Source: Octopus vulgaris (lineage: Eukaryota). From it: 64,000 nt of DNA. The notes under the pieces are model-generated. The model worked only from the letters and a program-made list of their open reading frames with translations, was not told the origin of the DNA and ran no database searches. The DNA lies in assembly GCA_951406725.2 (NCBI GenBank), contig OX597821.1, positions 8,184,001 through 8,248,000 on the forward strand. Direction: 5' to 3'. The position numbers were made by a program, and so were the translations under genes. This document shows, one piece after another, positions 29,123-42,183 of this stretch. The number at the start of each line of letters is the position of its first letter. Position 1 is the first letter of the stretch.

Positions 29123-29627
29123 GGTATATATGTTGGTATATATGTGTATGTTTTTGTGTGTGTATAGGTAGTATAGGTATATATATCTGTAGTTATTTAT
29201 GCATATCTATAGGTATGCATATAAACACGCATACATATTTATACATATGTCCTTTTCATTAGTAGTACTTACATTTGTTCGGCTTGAAATCGTGTTTGAA
29301 ATTCCGCGCACGTTATTGTCAGCTAGTCAAGGTTACATTGAACTAAAGCAATCCAATAATATATTATTGCTTTCAGAAAAGACATATGTTTATTTACAAC
29401 TCGACTTTCTATTGACTGGGCGAGACGTACACAATGACTATTGTGATGATTCCGTGTTACATTTAACCGAGAAGAGACACATGTAAAGTTGCAAATTATC
29501 ATCCGACTCAAAATGTCACCTTTACTTTGCAGTATAATAAGAAGTAAATTCTCACACTCATTATTGAGTCATTCTGTCTTGTATGTATGTATGTATGTAT
29601 GTATGTATGTATGTATGTATGTATGTA

Positions 29628-29662
<35 letters not shown>

Positions 29663-29778
29663 ATGTATGTAGGTATGTATGTATGTGTGTGTATATGTAT
29701 GTATGTATGTATGTATGTATTTATTTATGTATGTATGTATGTATGTATGTATGTATGTATGTATGTATGTATGTATGT

Positions 29779-31330
29779 CTCTTCTGTTTTTTATTTATTA
29801 TAAATCTTCCACCGAGGAGGGAGCCGGTTTCCAAAGATACATGGCTCCATCTTTGGGATGTAGTTAATACAGACAAATTCACTTTTGGAACATGAGAAAA
29901 GTCTTGCATATTTTTACTGTTCCACCCGCAGTCTGTGGGCGGAACAGTAAAAATATGCAAAACTTTTCTCAAGTTCCAAATGTACTGTACTAGTAATGTA
30001 CGAATTAGCCGGTCGATTTCTCTTTCTGAAAATCCCAGTTTATCCGGATTTTCCTTTAAGCATTTAGTAACAAAACCTAGTGCTTCAGTTATCATTGGTA
30101 TGAATATGAGTTCATAGTCTGGATATAGAAGCTGGAGGTTTCGAATAATTTTTTTCCTTCTTTTATTTGTTTCAGTCATTTGACTGCGGCCATGCTGGAG
30201 CACCGCCTTTAGTCGAGCAAATCGACCTCAGGACTTATTCTTTGTAAGCCTAGTACTTATTCTATCGGTCACTCTTGCCGAACTGCTAAGTGACGGGGAC
30301 GTAAACGCACCAGCATCGGTTGTCAAGCGATGTTGGGGGACAAACACAGACACACAAACACACACACACACACACTTAAACACACACACACACACACACA
30401 CATACGACGTGCTTCTTTCAGTTTCCGTCTACCAAATCCAATCACTAGGCTTTGGTGAGCCCGAGGCTATAGTAGAAGACACTTGCCCAAGGTGCCACGC
30501 AGTGGACTGAACCCGGAACCATGTGGTTGGTAAGCAAGTTACTTACCACACAGCCTTTCCTGCGCCTATTTTCAAAGAGATGTTTATATCTGCAAGGCAG
30601 CTGACCTCTATGATGGTACATACCTTTGCCCTTCTGTCCCAAACCACAATATCCAATCTGTTATGTCTACATTTGACAGAAGTTTTAATGGGAATACTCC
30701 AGCAGTATTCCTTGAGTTGGTGTTTATGAATGTATTCCATAACAGAAGGATTTTCTAAGTTTATTTCAGGACAGTCTTTCTTGCGGATGGCATTGTAAAT
30801 TGTTTCAGTGACAACATCGTGCCGCATAGAGAGGTAATACCGTGAGGACATTTTAGGACACCTGCTAATCACATGCGTGATGTCTTCCACAGAAATATAA
30901 CATAGCCTACACACGTGGTTGCATCTTGGGATTACAAGAGCGTCACTGTCTCTCTTGTTCACCAGGTGCTTTGTGGCAATCTGCTGTTTCTGGATTGCAA
31001 AGTGTGATGTGATGTAGTAGTCTTGGGTCCAAGAGAGGCTGCGTTTCGTGTCAGCTCCACTGTCTTCCTCAAGCTTCCAGGCAACATACCCGTGCATAGT
31101 CCTTTTGGTATGCTGAGTGCTTTCCATCCAGGTCTTCTCTGAGGTAAGAGAGCCCAGTTGTTTTGAGGGTGTATAGGAGATCGTCAGAAAGAGAGTGCTT
31201 CTTGAGGAGCTTACTACTAACTCGTACAATGTCGCTCACTTCACTTTTCAGCACTGCATTTATACATTTATTTTTGCTGCTGTTGTTTAGCAGGTGCTGC
31301 CTGCGTGATACTATACGGCATTTGAAGGGC
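29779..31330 (-). mobile_element. R4/Dong-like non-LTR retrotransposon 3' part (CCHC + restriction-like endonuclease), in (CATA)n/(CAGA)n, split by a SINE
   Basis: CRLC..EDITHVISRC..RHDVV, HNRLDIVVWD..IIEVSC, then after the SINE IRNLQLLYPDYELIFIPMITEALG. Confidence 0.85.
30154..30566 (-). mobile_element. SINE family C copy inserted in the RLE LINE
   Basis: Homology to 54910-55333; interrupts the RLE coding sequence. Confidence 0.85.
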
Positions 31331-31345
31331 GTCTGTCTGTCTGAC

Positions 31346-31404
<59 letters not shown>

Positions 31405-31439
31405 ATGTATGTATGTATGTATCAAGTTTTGAGAGTATC

Positions 31440-31895
31440 TTTGAAGCGCTTTTTCTCTCCACCTTGCGTGCGCTTGGCTTCCGCCATTTCACTGTAAACG
31501 TTTCGGGAGTTGTGTATCAGGTATTTGAACACGGTGACCTGCTCGCCTGACATGCGCTCTCCTCAGCAGTGTGTAAATGTTTTGCCGATCAGCTAGTGAG
31601 AAAACCTTTGTGCCTGGGATCTTGTCTGGGAAAAGCAAGAGCAAAACTGCCCCGCCCGGCGAAGCTGTACCAACAGAGGTACCACCTCCCACGAACAGAA
31701 CAGGATTGCGGGAGAACAAAGACAACGTGAACTGCGCAAGTCCAAAACCAATTCCTCGCCTTCAGTTCCAGTAGTGTCCCACCTGCGGCAGAGCCTTCTG
31801 AGCTTGTATCAGACTGACCGGCTACAACAGGACGCAATGCGCTCCATCTCCTCTCATATGATGTTCTTGGTCATCGTCGACGACAGACGAACTAA
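31440..31895 (+). mobile_element. RTE LINE 3' fragment, decayed
   Basis: CPTCGRAF zinc-finger remnant at about 31775 and RTE-like 3' UTR gtcatcgtcgacgacagacgaac. Confidence 0.6.
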
Positions 31896-32279
31896 TAATG
31901 TACGTATGTATGTATGTATGTATGTATGTATGTATGTATGTATGTATGTATGTATGTATGTATGTATGTATGTAGCTAGGTAAGGAGAGTGGTTTTTATT
32001 GGACATTCCGCAGGAAGGAAAACAAAACCTGTCAAAGAACAGATGAATTGAGTAGAGTCAACGGCCAATCAATACCTGGGAGTTAGAGACCCATAGCTTT
32101 CGTTTAGATATCTCTCTAGGAGAAGGAAATTACGAAATAACACCCGCCTCATTGCGAAATAAGAGAGTTTGCTCTCGCTTGTTTCTGTACTACTTTCTCT
32201 TGTGGGTGAAAGTACAACTGTTATTGACCTCCTACTTCAGCGCAGGCATTGCTGCATTGCTGACAGCCATTGTCTTTAA

Positions 32280-32511
32280 CCATGTGCAGACAATTCGTTG
32301 ACAAACAATTCGCCGATTGGACAATTGGCTGATTGGACAATAAGTCGACATACGGAAGTATCGATCATGGAGTTCATCAAAACGGAACGAGGAGGCAGGT
32401 ATTTAAAAAATGTCGACATTTTGTCCTTTCGGCAAATTGTCCAATCGGTCAATTATCTTGTCTGTAAGTTGTCGGTCGGCCAACTATCTGTCGACGAATT
32501 GTCCGTCTACC
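32280..32511 (+). mobile_element. MULE-like foldback MITE
   Basis: Inverted arms built of about 15-nt GACAATTCGCCGA-type units; TSD GTCTTTAA (32272-32279, 32512-32519); central MEFIKTERGGR start remnant. Confidence 0.65.
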
Positions 32512-33068
32512 GTCTTTAATATCTAGAATAAAATAATTTGTTTATGATGATCATACTTGTCTACGGGTCAACGGCCACATGTATATCTGTATGGTTGTGC
32601 ATTTGTATCTATGTATGATTTTACTTTGAGCTCAATTTAAGCATTTCTTGAGGGAGTGCAAGCCGATTGCTAACAAAGCAACAAAACCTTTTGAATGTAA
32701 AAGAGTTCCTGGTGTTTGTAAAAATGTGCATCTATTCACATAAGAATCTCAGATAGAGGATTTTTGGAATGTCTTACAAATCTTCACTGTGCCACTAATA
32801 GATTGGACTTGGAGAATCCGCACCAGTTCTTTTCCCTGAAAGCAAGTATTTCTAGGATTTTATGCAAATTTGTATGCATGTATGTATGTGTAGATATACT
32901 TACACTCATGTAGTGTGAACATGTCACTTTAGTACAGGAATGTGTAGGTGTGAAATTACTGAGGAAGTGTGTTTTTGTGTCATAAGCACACTTGATTATG
33001 TGCATAAGTTCATTCTGTGAAACGTAAATACGAAGTGTTTAGAAAATGATAATCAGTTGGTTTTGGAA

Positions 33069-33104
<36 letters not shown>

Positions 33105-33261
33105 GTGCGCGTGTGCGCGCGTGTGTGAGTGTGTGTGTGTGTATGTATGCGTGTTTCCCCTTGGCCTAGATTCTCATAGATATACAAACATATGCGTATG
33201 CACCACATATATAAATCAAAACATACGTAGCGCACACGTAATGATATGCATATAAGCACCC

Positions 33262-33335
<74 letters not shown>

Positions 33336-33993
33336 TAGATACTTGAGATGTATGCTTTGAAACTTGTTGCTGGAGAATGGCTGTTTTTAGATACGGTCTC
33401 GGATGTGTGTGTATGATAGCAACTACAGCGTCCTAGTATATTCATCCATTTGTTTGTCTGCGATGTATATATACATCCATACATATACATACATGTATTG
33501 GTTTTAAATTTTGGCACAAGGCCAGCAAGGTCGGGAAAGGGAATAAGTCGATTACTTTGACCCCAGTACTCAATTGGTACTCATTTTATTAACCCCGAAA
33601 GGATGAAAGGCAAAGTCAACCTCGGCGGAATTTGAATTCAGAATTTAAAAATGAAAGAAATGGCGCTAAGCATTTTGCCTGGCGTGCTAACGATTCTGCC
33701 CGTCCGCCGCCATATATACACAATAAAATAATAACAATTGCAGCGTGGAAGATATGTGTAAGACATTCAAGAACACACAAAAACCGTTGGTTTCACTACG
33801 ACATTTAGTTTTCATTTGTATCAAAATATTTTCGTCGTTTTGAAACCGCGACCTGTTCACTGACAAAACTTGGTGCTGCGTCTAAGAGATGTTTATGTAT
33901 GTATGTATGTATGTATGTATGTATGTATGTATGTATGTATGTATGTATGTGTGTATGTATGTATGTATGTATGTATGTATGCATGTATGTATG

Positions 33994-34026
<33 letters not shown>

Positions 34027-34196
34027 GTGCATGTATGTGTGCATGTATGTGTGCATGTATGTATGTATGTATGTATGTATGTATGTATGTATGTGTGTGT
34101 GTGTATGTATGTATGTATGTATGTATGTATGTATGTATGTATGTATGTGTGCATGCCTGCATGTATGTATATGTGTACGTGCGCATGCATTCATAT

Positions 34197-34480
34197 ACCG
34201 TAAATCCTCGAGTATTGTCCGCCCTTGAGTATAATACGCAAGGGACTTTTAGAGAGTTGTACTTCTGAAAAACCTAAACCTTGTGTATAATACGCACCCC
34301 TTCTCTAACTTTAGTCAAGGAGGTCTATATAACGTCCTTGGTTTGTAGAACTGTAGACGGTAACGTCCTTTATTTTTATTGTATATATAATATAATGCAA
34401 ACGTGTAGCTTTTTTGTGAATTTTGTTTGCAGAAAATAAAGAAATAACAATAATAACAAAATATTTTGACACAAATGAAA
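34197..34480 (+). mobile_element. pogo/Tigger-like DNA transposon end
   Basis: TA-CCGTAAATCCTCGAGTAT terminus with repeated GTATAATACGCA subterminal motif; the other end was not found. Confidence 0.5.
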
Positions 34481-35530
34481 ATTAAATTAAAGATTATTTG
34501 CCAATATAACGGGGCAGTCCTGGTTGGAACGAATGTTATTTAGCCCCAGGAAACATCGTCACCAGTTGGCTACACGACACACTATTTGTGTCCCTATATT
34601 TTCGAACAGGGGAGTTTAGCATCCTCACTTAATACACACAGCAAGATCTGTGGATCGCGGTTCAACGCTGCAATTGTTTTTGTTCCAGCACACGATCTCA
34701 GATCAAATCACTTGCTATGCAAGTACATCTCCGTAAAATAATAACAGCTGTTCGCAAATAAAGGTGGAATTATTGAAACTTGAATTGAATAGCACAAAAT
34801 TGAATTCTGTCAGCTGTTATTCATTGCATTGTTTTAATAATATACTATTGTATCGAGTATTCCATACCTTTGTTGTAAATTAATTGTAAATTATTGCAAA
34901 GAAGCTAATCCGAATACATGTGTGTATATGCGTGAGTATACATACATACATACATACATACATACATACATACATACATACATACATACATACATACAAA
35001 TATTTATAGATCATTGAGTTGTATATTACTGTTTATAGCATAAAACTAATCAAAATATTTCCACCGGCTTGTCACCGACTATTGTTCTTAGACAATACTG
35101 GCGATTCTTCATCGATATATAAAAATATAACCGCTCTTCTTTTCATATTGAATACGTTTTTTTGTCTGACTTAGGAATAACTGATACACACGTACATACA
35201 GGCAAACACATATTGGAGTAAATGGTTTTTGGTAAGCGTGCAGAATAGTATATTGGTATAAAGTTAGTCACAAGAAATGAAGGAATTGTTCCTCAGTGAA
35301 ATAAAATAAAATGAAATGGAATAAAATAAAAGCCATAAAGTTATGTAAAATAAGTAAAATATTTATTTTATTACATTTGAGTATTTTTCGTCAAATGATT
35401 GAAAGTTCTTGTGCACCATATCTCTTTCTCCCCTCTTTCCCTTATATATGTATATGTATTTGTGTATATATTGTATATATATATTTCTATGTATGTATAT
35501 ATGTATATGTACGTATGTATGCATGTATGC

Positions 35531-35573
<43 letters not shown>

Positions 35574-35577
<4 letters not shown>

Positions 35578-35905
35578 TAGTTATCGCCATACTAATATGG
35601 CAGTCTTATAAATATAAGACTAAAGCTGTCGCTGATTAGCTCCAAGAGGCCACCGCCTCAAGCTAGCTATTTGACACACAACCTGCGTCCATTATAAACC
35701 TTCGAACAGGGAGGTCAGCCGCTTCATCCTGCCAGTCAGACAGCTGCAGACATGTTTCAGGGTATTTGCCCTTTATCAATGCAGCGTAGTCAGACCCAGC
35801 AGGTGTCGCTACTGACTGTCCCTGTTCGAAGAATCTATTTACCTAGTTTCAGTGGAATACATCCACTTGTTTTCAATAATAGAAATATTAAAATTACTCT
35901 CTCTA
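35574..35905 (-). mobile_element. Non-autonomous HHR-bearing element (retrozyme / PLE pseudo-LTR-like)
   Basis: Homologous to 53695-54220; contains HHR; abuts (TA)n. Confidence 0.7.
35743..35785 (-). ncRNA. Type I hammerhead ribozyme, U3-A8 core variant
   Basis: Minus: gctgca-TTGATAA-aggg(caaata)ccct-GAAA-catg-TC-tgcagc; perfect 6-bp helix I, palindromic ACATGT helix III, GUC site. Confidence 0.8.
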
Positions 35906-37383
35906 GGATGAGGTGGTATGGGCAATGAAACAGCTGGCCAACCGAAAAGCCCCAGGTACTGATGGTATTCCACCAGAATTACTCAAGCCAAATACCAACA
36001 AAAACACTAACATCGCTTTGCCAACGAATATGGAGAACCTGTAAGTGGCCAAGGGAATGGAAGAGGTCAGTTTTCATCCCAATACCAAAGAAAAGAGATA
36101 CCAAGGACTGCGCAAACTACCGTACCATCACCCTGATCCCCCATGTAAGCAAAATTCTCCTTAAAATCATCCAGAAGCGCCTGAACACAACTATTGAGAG
36201 AGAATTGCCAGAGGTGCAAGCTAGTTTCAGAAAGGGAAGAGGCACCCGCGATCACATCGCCAACCTACGGTGGATTATGGAATAGGCAAGAGAATACCAA
36301 AAGAAGCTGTACATGTGTTTCATCGATTACTCCAAAGCTTTTGACAGCATTGATCATGACAAGTTATGGAAATGTCTGGAGGAAATGGGAACACCTTTAC
36401 ACCTTGTCCAACTTATTAGATCACTCTATCAAAACCAAGAGGCAACAGTACGGACACCATATGGCGACACTGATTGGTTTGAGATTGGCAAGGTTGCATC
36501 CTGTCACCAGCAGCCTTCAACATGTACGCTGAAAAGGTCATGAGGAATGCAGGCCTGGAGGATAGCAGCATTGGAGTGAGGATTGGAGGAAGAAATATTA
36601 ATAACCTTCGCTATGCAGATGATATAACCCAGCTGGCGGAGAGTGGTAAGGATCTGGAGGATCTTGTCCTGCTGGTCAAGAAAGAGAGTGAGAAATTTGG
36701 GCTGTACCTCAATGTTAAGAAAATGAAGATCATGTCAACAGCAGCCACAACAAACATCAGCATCAAGATCGATAATGAAGAGATCGAAGCGGTTGATGAT
36801 TTCATCTTCCTTGGCTCCAAAATAAATCGAGATGGTGACTGCACTCCAGAAATAAGACGGCAGATAGCACTAGGTAGAGAGGCAATGGTCAGCATGAGCA
36901 GGGTCTGGAAGAGTAGAGACATTAGCCTCGCTACCAAATGCAGATTGGTCAATGCAATTGTCTTCCCAATAGCAACATATGGATGCGAGACCTGGACACT
37001 AAAGAAAGCTGACCAGAAGAGAATTAATGCATTGGAGCTTTGGTGTTGGAGAAGACTTTTGCGGATTCCATGGATAGCGAGGCTCACCAATGGAGAAGTT
37101 CTTAAGCAGATCAGGCCGAAAATGTCGCTAGAAGCTGGGATCACCAAGCGTAGATTGGCATATTTCGGTCATATTATGCGGAGAAAATCCCTGGAGAAGG
37201 ACATCATGCTCGGAATGGTTAGTGGCAAAAGAGGAAGAGGCCGACCAAGAACCCGCTGGCTTAACACCATCAGGAGTGATACCGGAATGGACATGGCCAA
37301 TCTGAAGGAAGCGGCCCAGGATAGAACTGACTGCAGGACACTGATCCAACGAGTGACCGAGAGTCGACTTCGACTGAGCGGAG
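35906..37383 (+). mobile_element. RTE (BovB-like) LINE, 5'-truncated RT pseudogene
   Basis: KAPGTDGIP, NYRTITLIPHVSK, CFIDYSKAFDSIDH, GRNINNLRYADD, WCWRRLLRIPW; stop at 36283 and a frameshifting deletion of GVRQ near 36490. Confidence 0.92.
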
Positions 37384-37848
37384 ATATATATATATATATA
37401 TATATCTGTGGATGTAGTTACATTCGTATTACATATGTTTCAAAGAAAAACTGAACGAAAATTATGTAGCTTTAAGGTCTTCTCGACAACGAACAGGTTT
37501 AAGTACCCGAAGAAAAGGAAAGATGAAGCTGAGAATACATGTAATACCTTAAAGTTACATAACTTCAATTCTCTTTTCCTCGCAAACTTATATAATATCT
37601 ACTCAATTCCCTACATCTACCGATTTATAATCAAATATTTAGCAACTTTTGTTAATATTTATTGGAGTTGATATAGTGGCTGTCAGTTTATCGGAATCTG
37701 TGTGTAATTTGATACGGGACGAAGTATGAGATACGTTGTTCAATACATTTTATTGATCGAGTATTAACCCCTTTGTGATATCTATGCAAACTGTGCCTAT
37801 GCTTGAGGCTCACAAACTGCCTGTACCATGACCCTATACATCCCCCCC

Positions 37849-37904
<56 letters not shown>

Positions 37905-37905
37905 T

Positions 37906-37949
<44 letters not shown>

Positions 37950-37954
<5 letters not shown>

Positions 37955-38663
37955 TGATCCAAACAAAGAAGAAACAACAACGCGAGGACGTGGTACAAGT
38001 ACAGTGTTATTGGACGCTCAGGAAAGGAAAGAAAAGAAAGAGGATTTCACGTTTCGAGCGGAGTTCTTCGTCAGAAATATAGGAAAAGTTCATAGAAGGG
38101 AAGACGGAGAAAGAAAATCGCCAACGATACACACGCGGTCACATATTGAAATGACCGGAAGAGAATGGGTGAAGAAAGTGTCGGTGTAGGTGTTATTGGT
38201 GGAGACAAAAAGAGAAAAGTGCAAGTAGAAAGAAAGAGGAAAGGTAAAAGGAGGAGGAGAAAAAGTGGAAGAGTCACGGATAAATTATGATGATTTCCAA
38301 TCAAGATTAGAGTGGCGTTATCCGAATGAATGGTAACAGTAATCCGCAGGTATAAGAATTCCAGGAATTGGTTACTCCAAAGTCAGTCAGAAGGCCGGGT
38401 TCCGTGTGAGCGTGCGGTATATATTGTTAATCCAAACATGAACAAGCCAGAAAAAACAACAACGCGAGGACATGGAAAAGTACTGAGTTATTGGACGCTC
38501 AGGAAAGGAAAGAAAAGAAAGAGGATATCAGGTTTGGAGCGGATCTCTTCGTCAGAAATATAGAAAAAGTTCAAAGAAGGGAAGACGGAGAAAGAAAATC
38601 GCCAACGATACACACGCGGTCACATATTGAAATGACGGAAGGGAATGGGTGAAGAAAGTGTTG

Positions 38664-38668
<5 letters not shown>
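37950..38668 (-). mobile_element. Tandem partial dimer of an HHR-bearing short element (period about 481 nt); related solo copy at 40238-40440
   Basis: About 240-bp direct repeat at 37950-38189 and 38427-38668, each with an HHR motif; microsatellite flanks. Confidence 0.65.
38044..38078 (-). ncRNA. Minimal hammerhead motif (dimer type); more decayed copy at about 38525-38559
   Basis: Minus: attt-CTGACGA-a-gaac(tcc)gctc-GAAA-cg-TG-aaat; the triplet is GUG here, probably inactive. Confidence 0.5.
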
Positions 38669-38719
<51 letters not shown>

Positions 38720-38729
38720 AAAACAGGGA

Positions 38730-39870
38730 GAAGAAAATGGAGAATAAATGGATGTAATTACTGATTTATTTGCATCTTATAAAAAGATGACGTTTTTGAA
38801 AAACATTACAAATAAATTGATTGGAAGTTGAAAGCTAAAAAAAATTAAGATAAAAACAGAAAAAAAAGAACGTACATATATGTTTCAGTCGCCCTATCTA
38901 GATGTTAAAACATTTTAAACATCATCGGAACAAATTTGCCAATCATAAAACAAAGTGAAAAATGAAAAAAAGAAACAAACATAATAACTAATCAAGCGCT
39001 TATCTTAAGAAAAAGGCAACCACATAAGCTAAAGAAACTATTAACAAAGGCAAAATTCAACATGAACAAACGAGATAACACATTCACAGTATCCAAATGT
39101 AATGATAATAGATGTAGGACATGTAAATACATTCATATGGGTAGATCCATTAGAACAAAAATTGGACAGATTTTCGCAAGTGCAGTTATGAATTGCAAAA
39201 GCTGAAATTTGATCTACTACATTAAATGCCCGAATTGCGACGAATTAAGGAAGCACTCCGTCGGTTACGACGATGAGGGTTCCGGTTGATCTGAATCAAC
39301 GGAACAGCCTGCTCGTGAAATTAACGTGTAAGTGGCTGAGCACTCCACAGACACGTATACCCTTAACGTAGTTCTCGAGGGATATTCAGCGTGACACAGA
39401 GAGTGACAAGGCCGGCCCTTTGAAATACAGGTACAACAGAAACAGGAAGTAAGAGTAAGAGAAAGTTGTGGTGAAAGAGTACAGCAGGGATCGCCAGAAT
39501 CCCCTGCCGGAGCCTCGTGGAGCTTTAGGTGTTTTCGCTCAATAAGCACTCACAACGCCCGGTCTGGGAATCGAAACCGCGATCCTATGACCGCGAGTCC
39601 GCTGCCCTAACCACTGGGCCATTGCGCCTCCCTGCGACGAATTATATATAGGTGAGACAGGGAATGTATTATCAGAACGCTCACGAGTCCGCAGACAACA
39701 AATCCAGAACACCAATGTTCGCCAAATTTCATTGAGCGAACATATAGAGACATGTTGTCAGAAAATGTTTCTATTTTTCCTTTCCACAAACTACATGACG
39801 CAAATAAGGTTGGAAGAAAGACAAAAAGAAAAACGATTTATTAAAATATCCCAACCTAATCTGAATGGAA
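38730..39870 (+). mobile_element. Penelope-like element remnant interrupted by a SINE
   Basis: CNDNRCRTCKYI, MNCKS*NLIYYIKCPNCDEL | YIGETG once the SINE at 39248-39632 is removed. Confidence 0.75.
39248..39632 (-). mobile_element. SINE family B copy
   Basis: Near-identical to 5668-6047; TSD TGCGACGAATTA at 39236-39247 and 39633-39644. Confidence 0.88.
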
Positions 39871-40188
39871 ATAACAGCAATAATATAGCAACCAGTTAAT
39901 GATGTCGATTAATAAACATAAGCAAATTACAGAATATCGGTACGCCTGAAAATCTGTGATGTTTAAGAGCATGCGGATTGATCGAAAAAGTATTGTATTA
40001 GTTCAGCTGGTTGGAGCTTTCTAAGAGGTACTAAAGTTAAGAGCTCAACTGTCAGTTAAACACATTTGAAATCTGGTGAGTTATGTATGAAAGCATTAAT
40101 TTTGTTAAACTACTATAATAAAAAAACCTTAAAACCAGGCTACGTTTTAACTTTATTTAACTGATATATACATACCCTACATACATGC

Positions 40189-40237
<49 letters not shown>

Positions 40238-40336
40238 GTTAATCCAAACAAGAAAACACACAAAAAACACAGCAACGCGAGGACGTGGAACAAATAAAGT
40301 ATTATTGGACGCTCAGGAAAGAAGGGAAGAAGGAGG

Positions 40337-40371
40337 GTGTAACGTTTCGAGCGGAGCTCTTCGTCGGAAAC
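40337..40371 (-). ncRNA. Minimal hammerhead motif (same family as 38044)
   Basis: Minus: gttt-CCGACGA-a-gagc(tcc)gctc-GAAA-cg-TT-acac; helix III is the loopless palindrome ACGT. Confidence 0.5.
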
Positions 40372-40455
40372 ATAGGAGAAGGGAAGATCCCGAGAAAGGA
40401 AGACAGAGGAAAGAAAATCGGCAGCGGTACTCACGAGGTCGTGTGTGTGTGTGTA

Positions 40456-40559
<104 letters not shown>

Positions 40560-41783
40560 GATATATATAATTTCTTTTATTCATCAAGAAGCTGTAAATT
40601 ATAGAATTGAATACGTAAACTAAGAGAGTTCTTGAACAAATTTTGACCGAATGGCTCTAAAATACCAATTCTTCGAGTTTAACGTTACCACTCTCTTAGA
40701 TGACAGTCTAAGCCTCTGGCTACTCTAATTATCGGATCTAAAATTTGAAATATATAAATGCCTTCGAGAAACGCTTATCTGAATATTTAAAAAAATGTCA
40801 AACAAGGGATGTCTTATAATACAGCTCTTTCGAGATTAGGCTTTTCATCTGCTTCCTGGCAAACATAGGAATACAAAAATTTTTAAAAAGTCTTCTTTCA
40901 CGTTGCTTCCTTTATTCTTATTTGCAGAACCTCACACAACGGAGACCACACAAAAACTGTTATGAAATTTTGTTGCTGTCTAAATAATTCTTTTTACAAA
41001 CAATGATCTGAAAGCAATTATAACTTCGAAACAAGCATTTTTTTCGTTAAATCAGGTTCAAAATATTAAAAAAAAACACCACTGTCAGAGAATATGTTTA
41101 GCATCATGAATACAACTTGCTAATAACTCTGTTCAATTGTCCAAACCATTGCTGTCTTGAAACAAAATTCTTATTTTCTTGCTCAAACAATAATCACACC
41201 GCATTTTGTGAGACAAACACTGGTGCAAAGATACACGAAAGATACGTACAGAAGCGTACGCACACACATACACATACATAGGTATGACGGACTTCCACAA
41301 AATTTCCGTCAATCAAATTCACGCACAAAACATTGGTCGGCCCGGGGCTGTAGTAGAAGACATTTGTCTAAGTTGCCGCGCAGTGGGACTGAACTTGAAA
41401 CCACATGGTTGCAAAGTGTGCTTCTTTAGCACACAGCCATGAGTCTCCCAACGATTTCATTCTTAACACATCTCTTAGCTCTGTATATGGATTGCAAAGT
41501 ACATGCTTCTATGATATTTCGTTTCACAAATCATGACTACTTCCTCCTTTTCAGCATCTATCGTATATGATTTACACCTTTAAAAAACTTAAAATTATTA
41601 TATTATTATATAGCCGCAGGCATGGTTTTCTGGTTTATAAGTTCGCTTTGTAACCACGTGGTTTCAGGTTCATTCCTACTGCGTGGGCTCTTAGGCATGT
41701 TAATGACCTGTAGGGACACCAAATTTCGTTATGCAACCATAATATACTGCTCACACAAAGCGTTTAATATACTTTATAGTATA

Positions 41784-42183
41784 CTAGCAGTATCGCCCGG
41801 CGTTGCTCGGGTTTGTAAAGGAAATAACTATATAAGCATTTTTAGAGATGTAAAGTATAATAGCCATCTCAATATGGCTAACCTCAAAGGGGGGGGGGGG
41901 GTGTTACTGTAGCTTTTTACGTTCTGAGATTTAATAAACATTTTTAGAGAGTTACTTCCCTTATATAATAGCAAAAAAATGCATTAAAAATGGGAAAAAA
42001 TGATGGAAATTTTTTTTTAAATCGTAGACTCATCGTAGACGCGCGCTAATACCCAGAAGGGCTCGATATGAATCACGACTATAAGATACCCGGTTTTGGT
42101 TACACTGCACCGCAAAATGTGGGAGTAGTTAGGAATCTAAATCGTAGGAGACAGACACACAACTTCACTTTTATATATAAAGA
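41784..42183 (-). mobile_element. Non-autonomous Helitron
   Basis: Minus 5' TC, 3' hairpin cccgagcaacgccggg + CTAG, inserted between A and T, no TSD. Confidence 0.8.

Noticed and set aside
33795-33870. gtcg..cgac-GAAA hairpin on minus strand
   Set aside because: Upstream core reads CAGTGAA, not CUGANGA; no convincing helix I.
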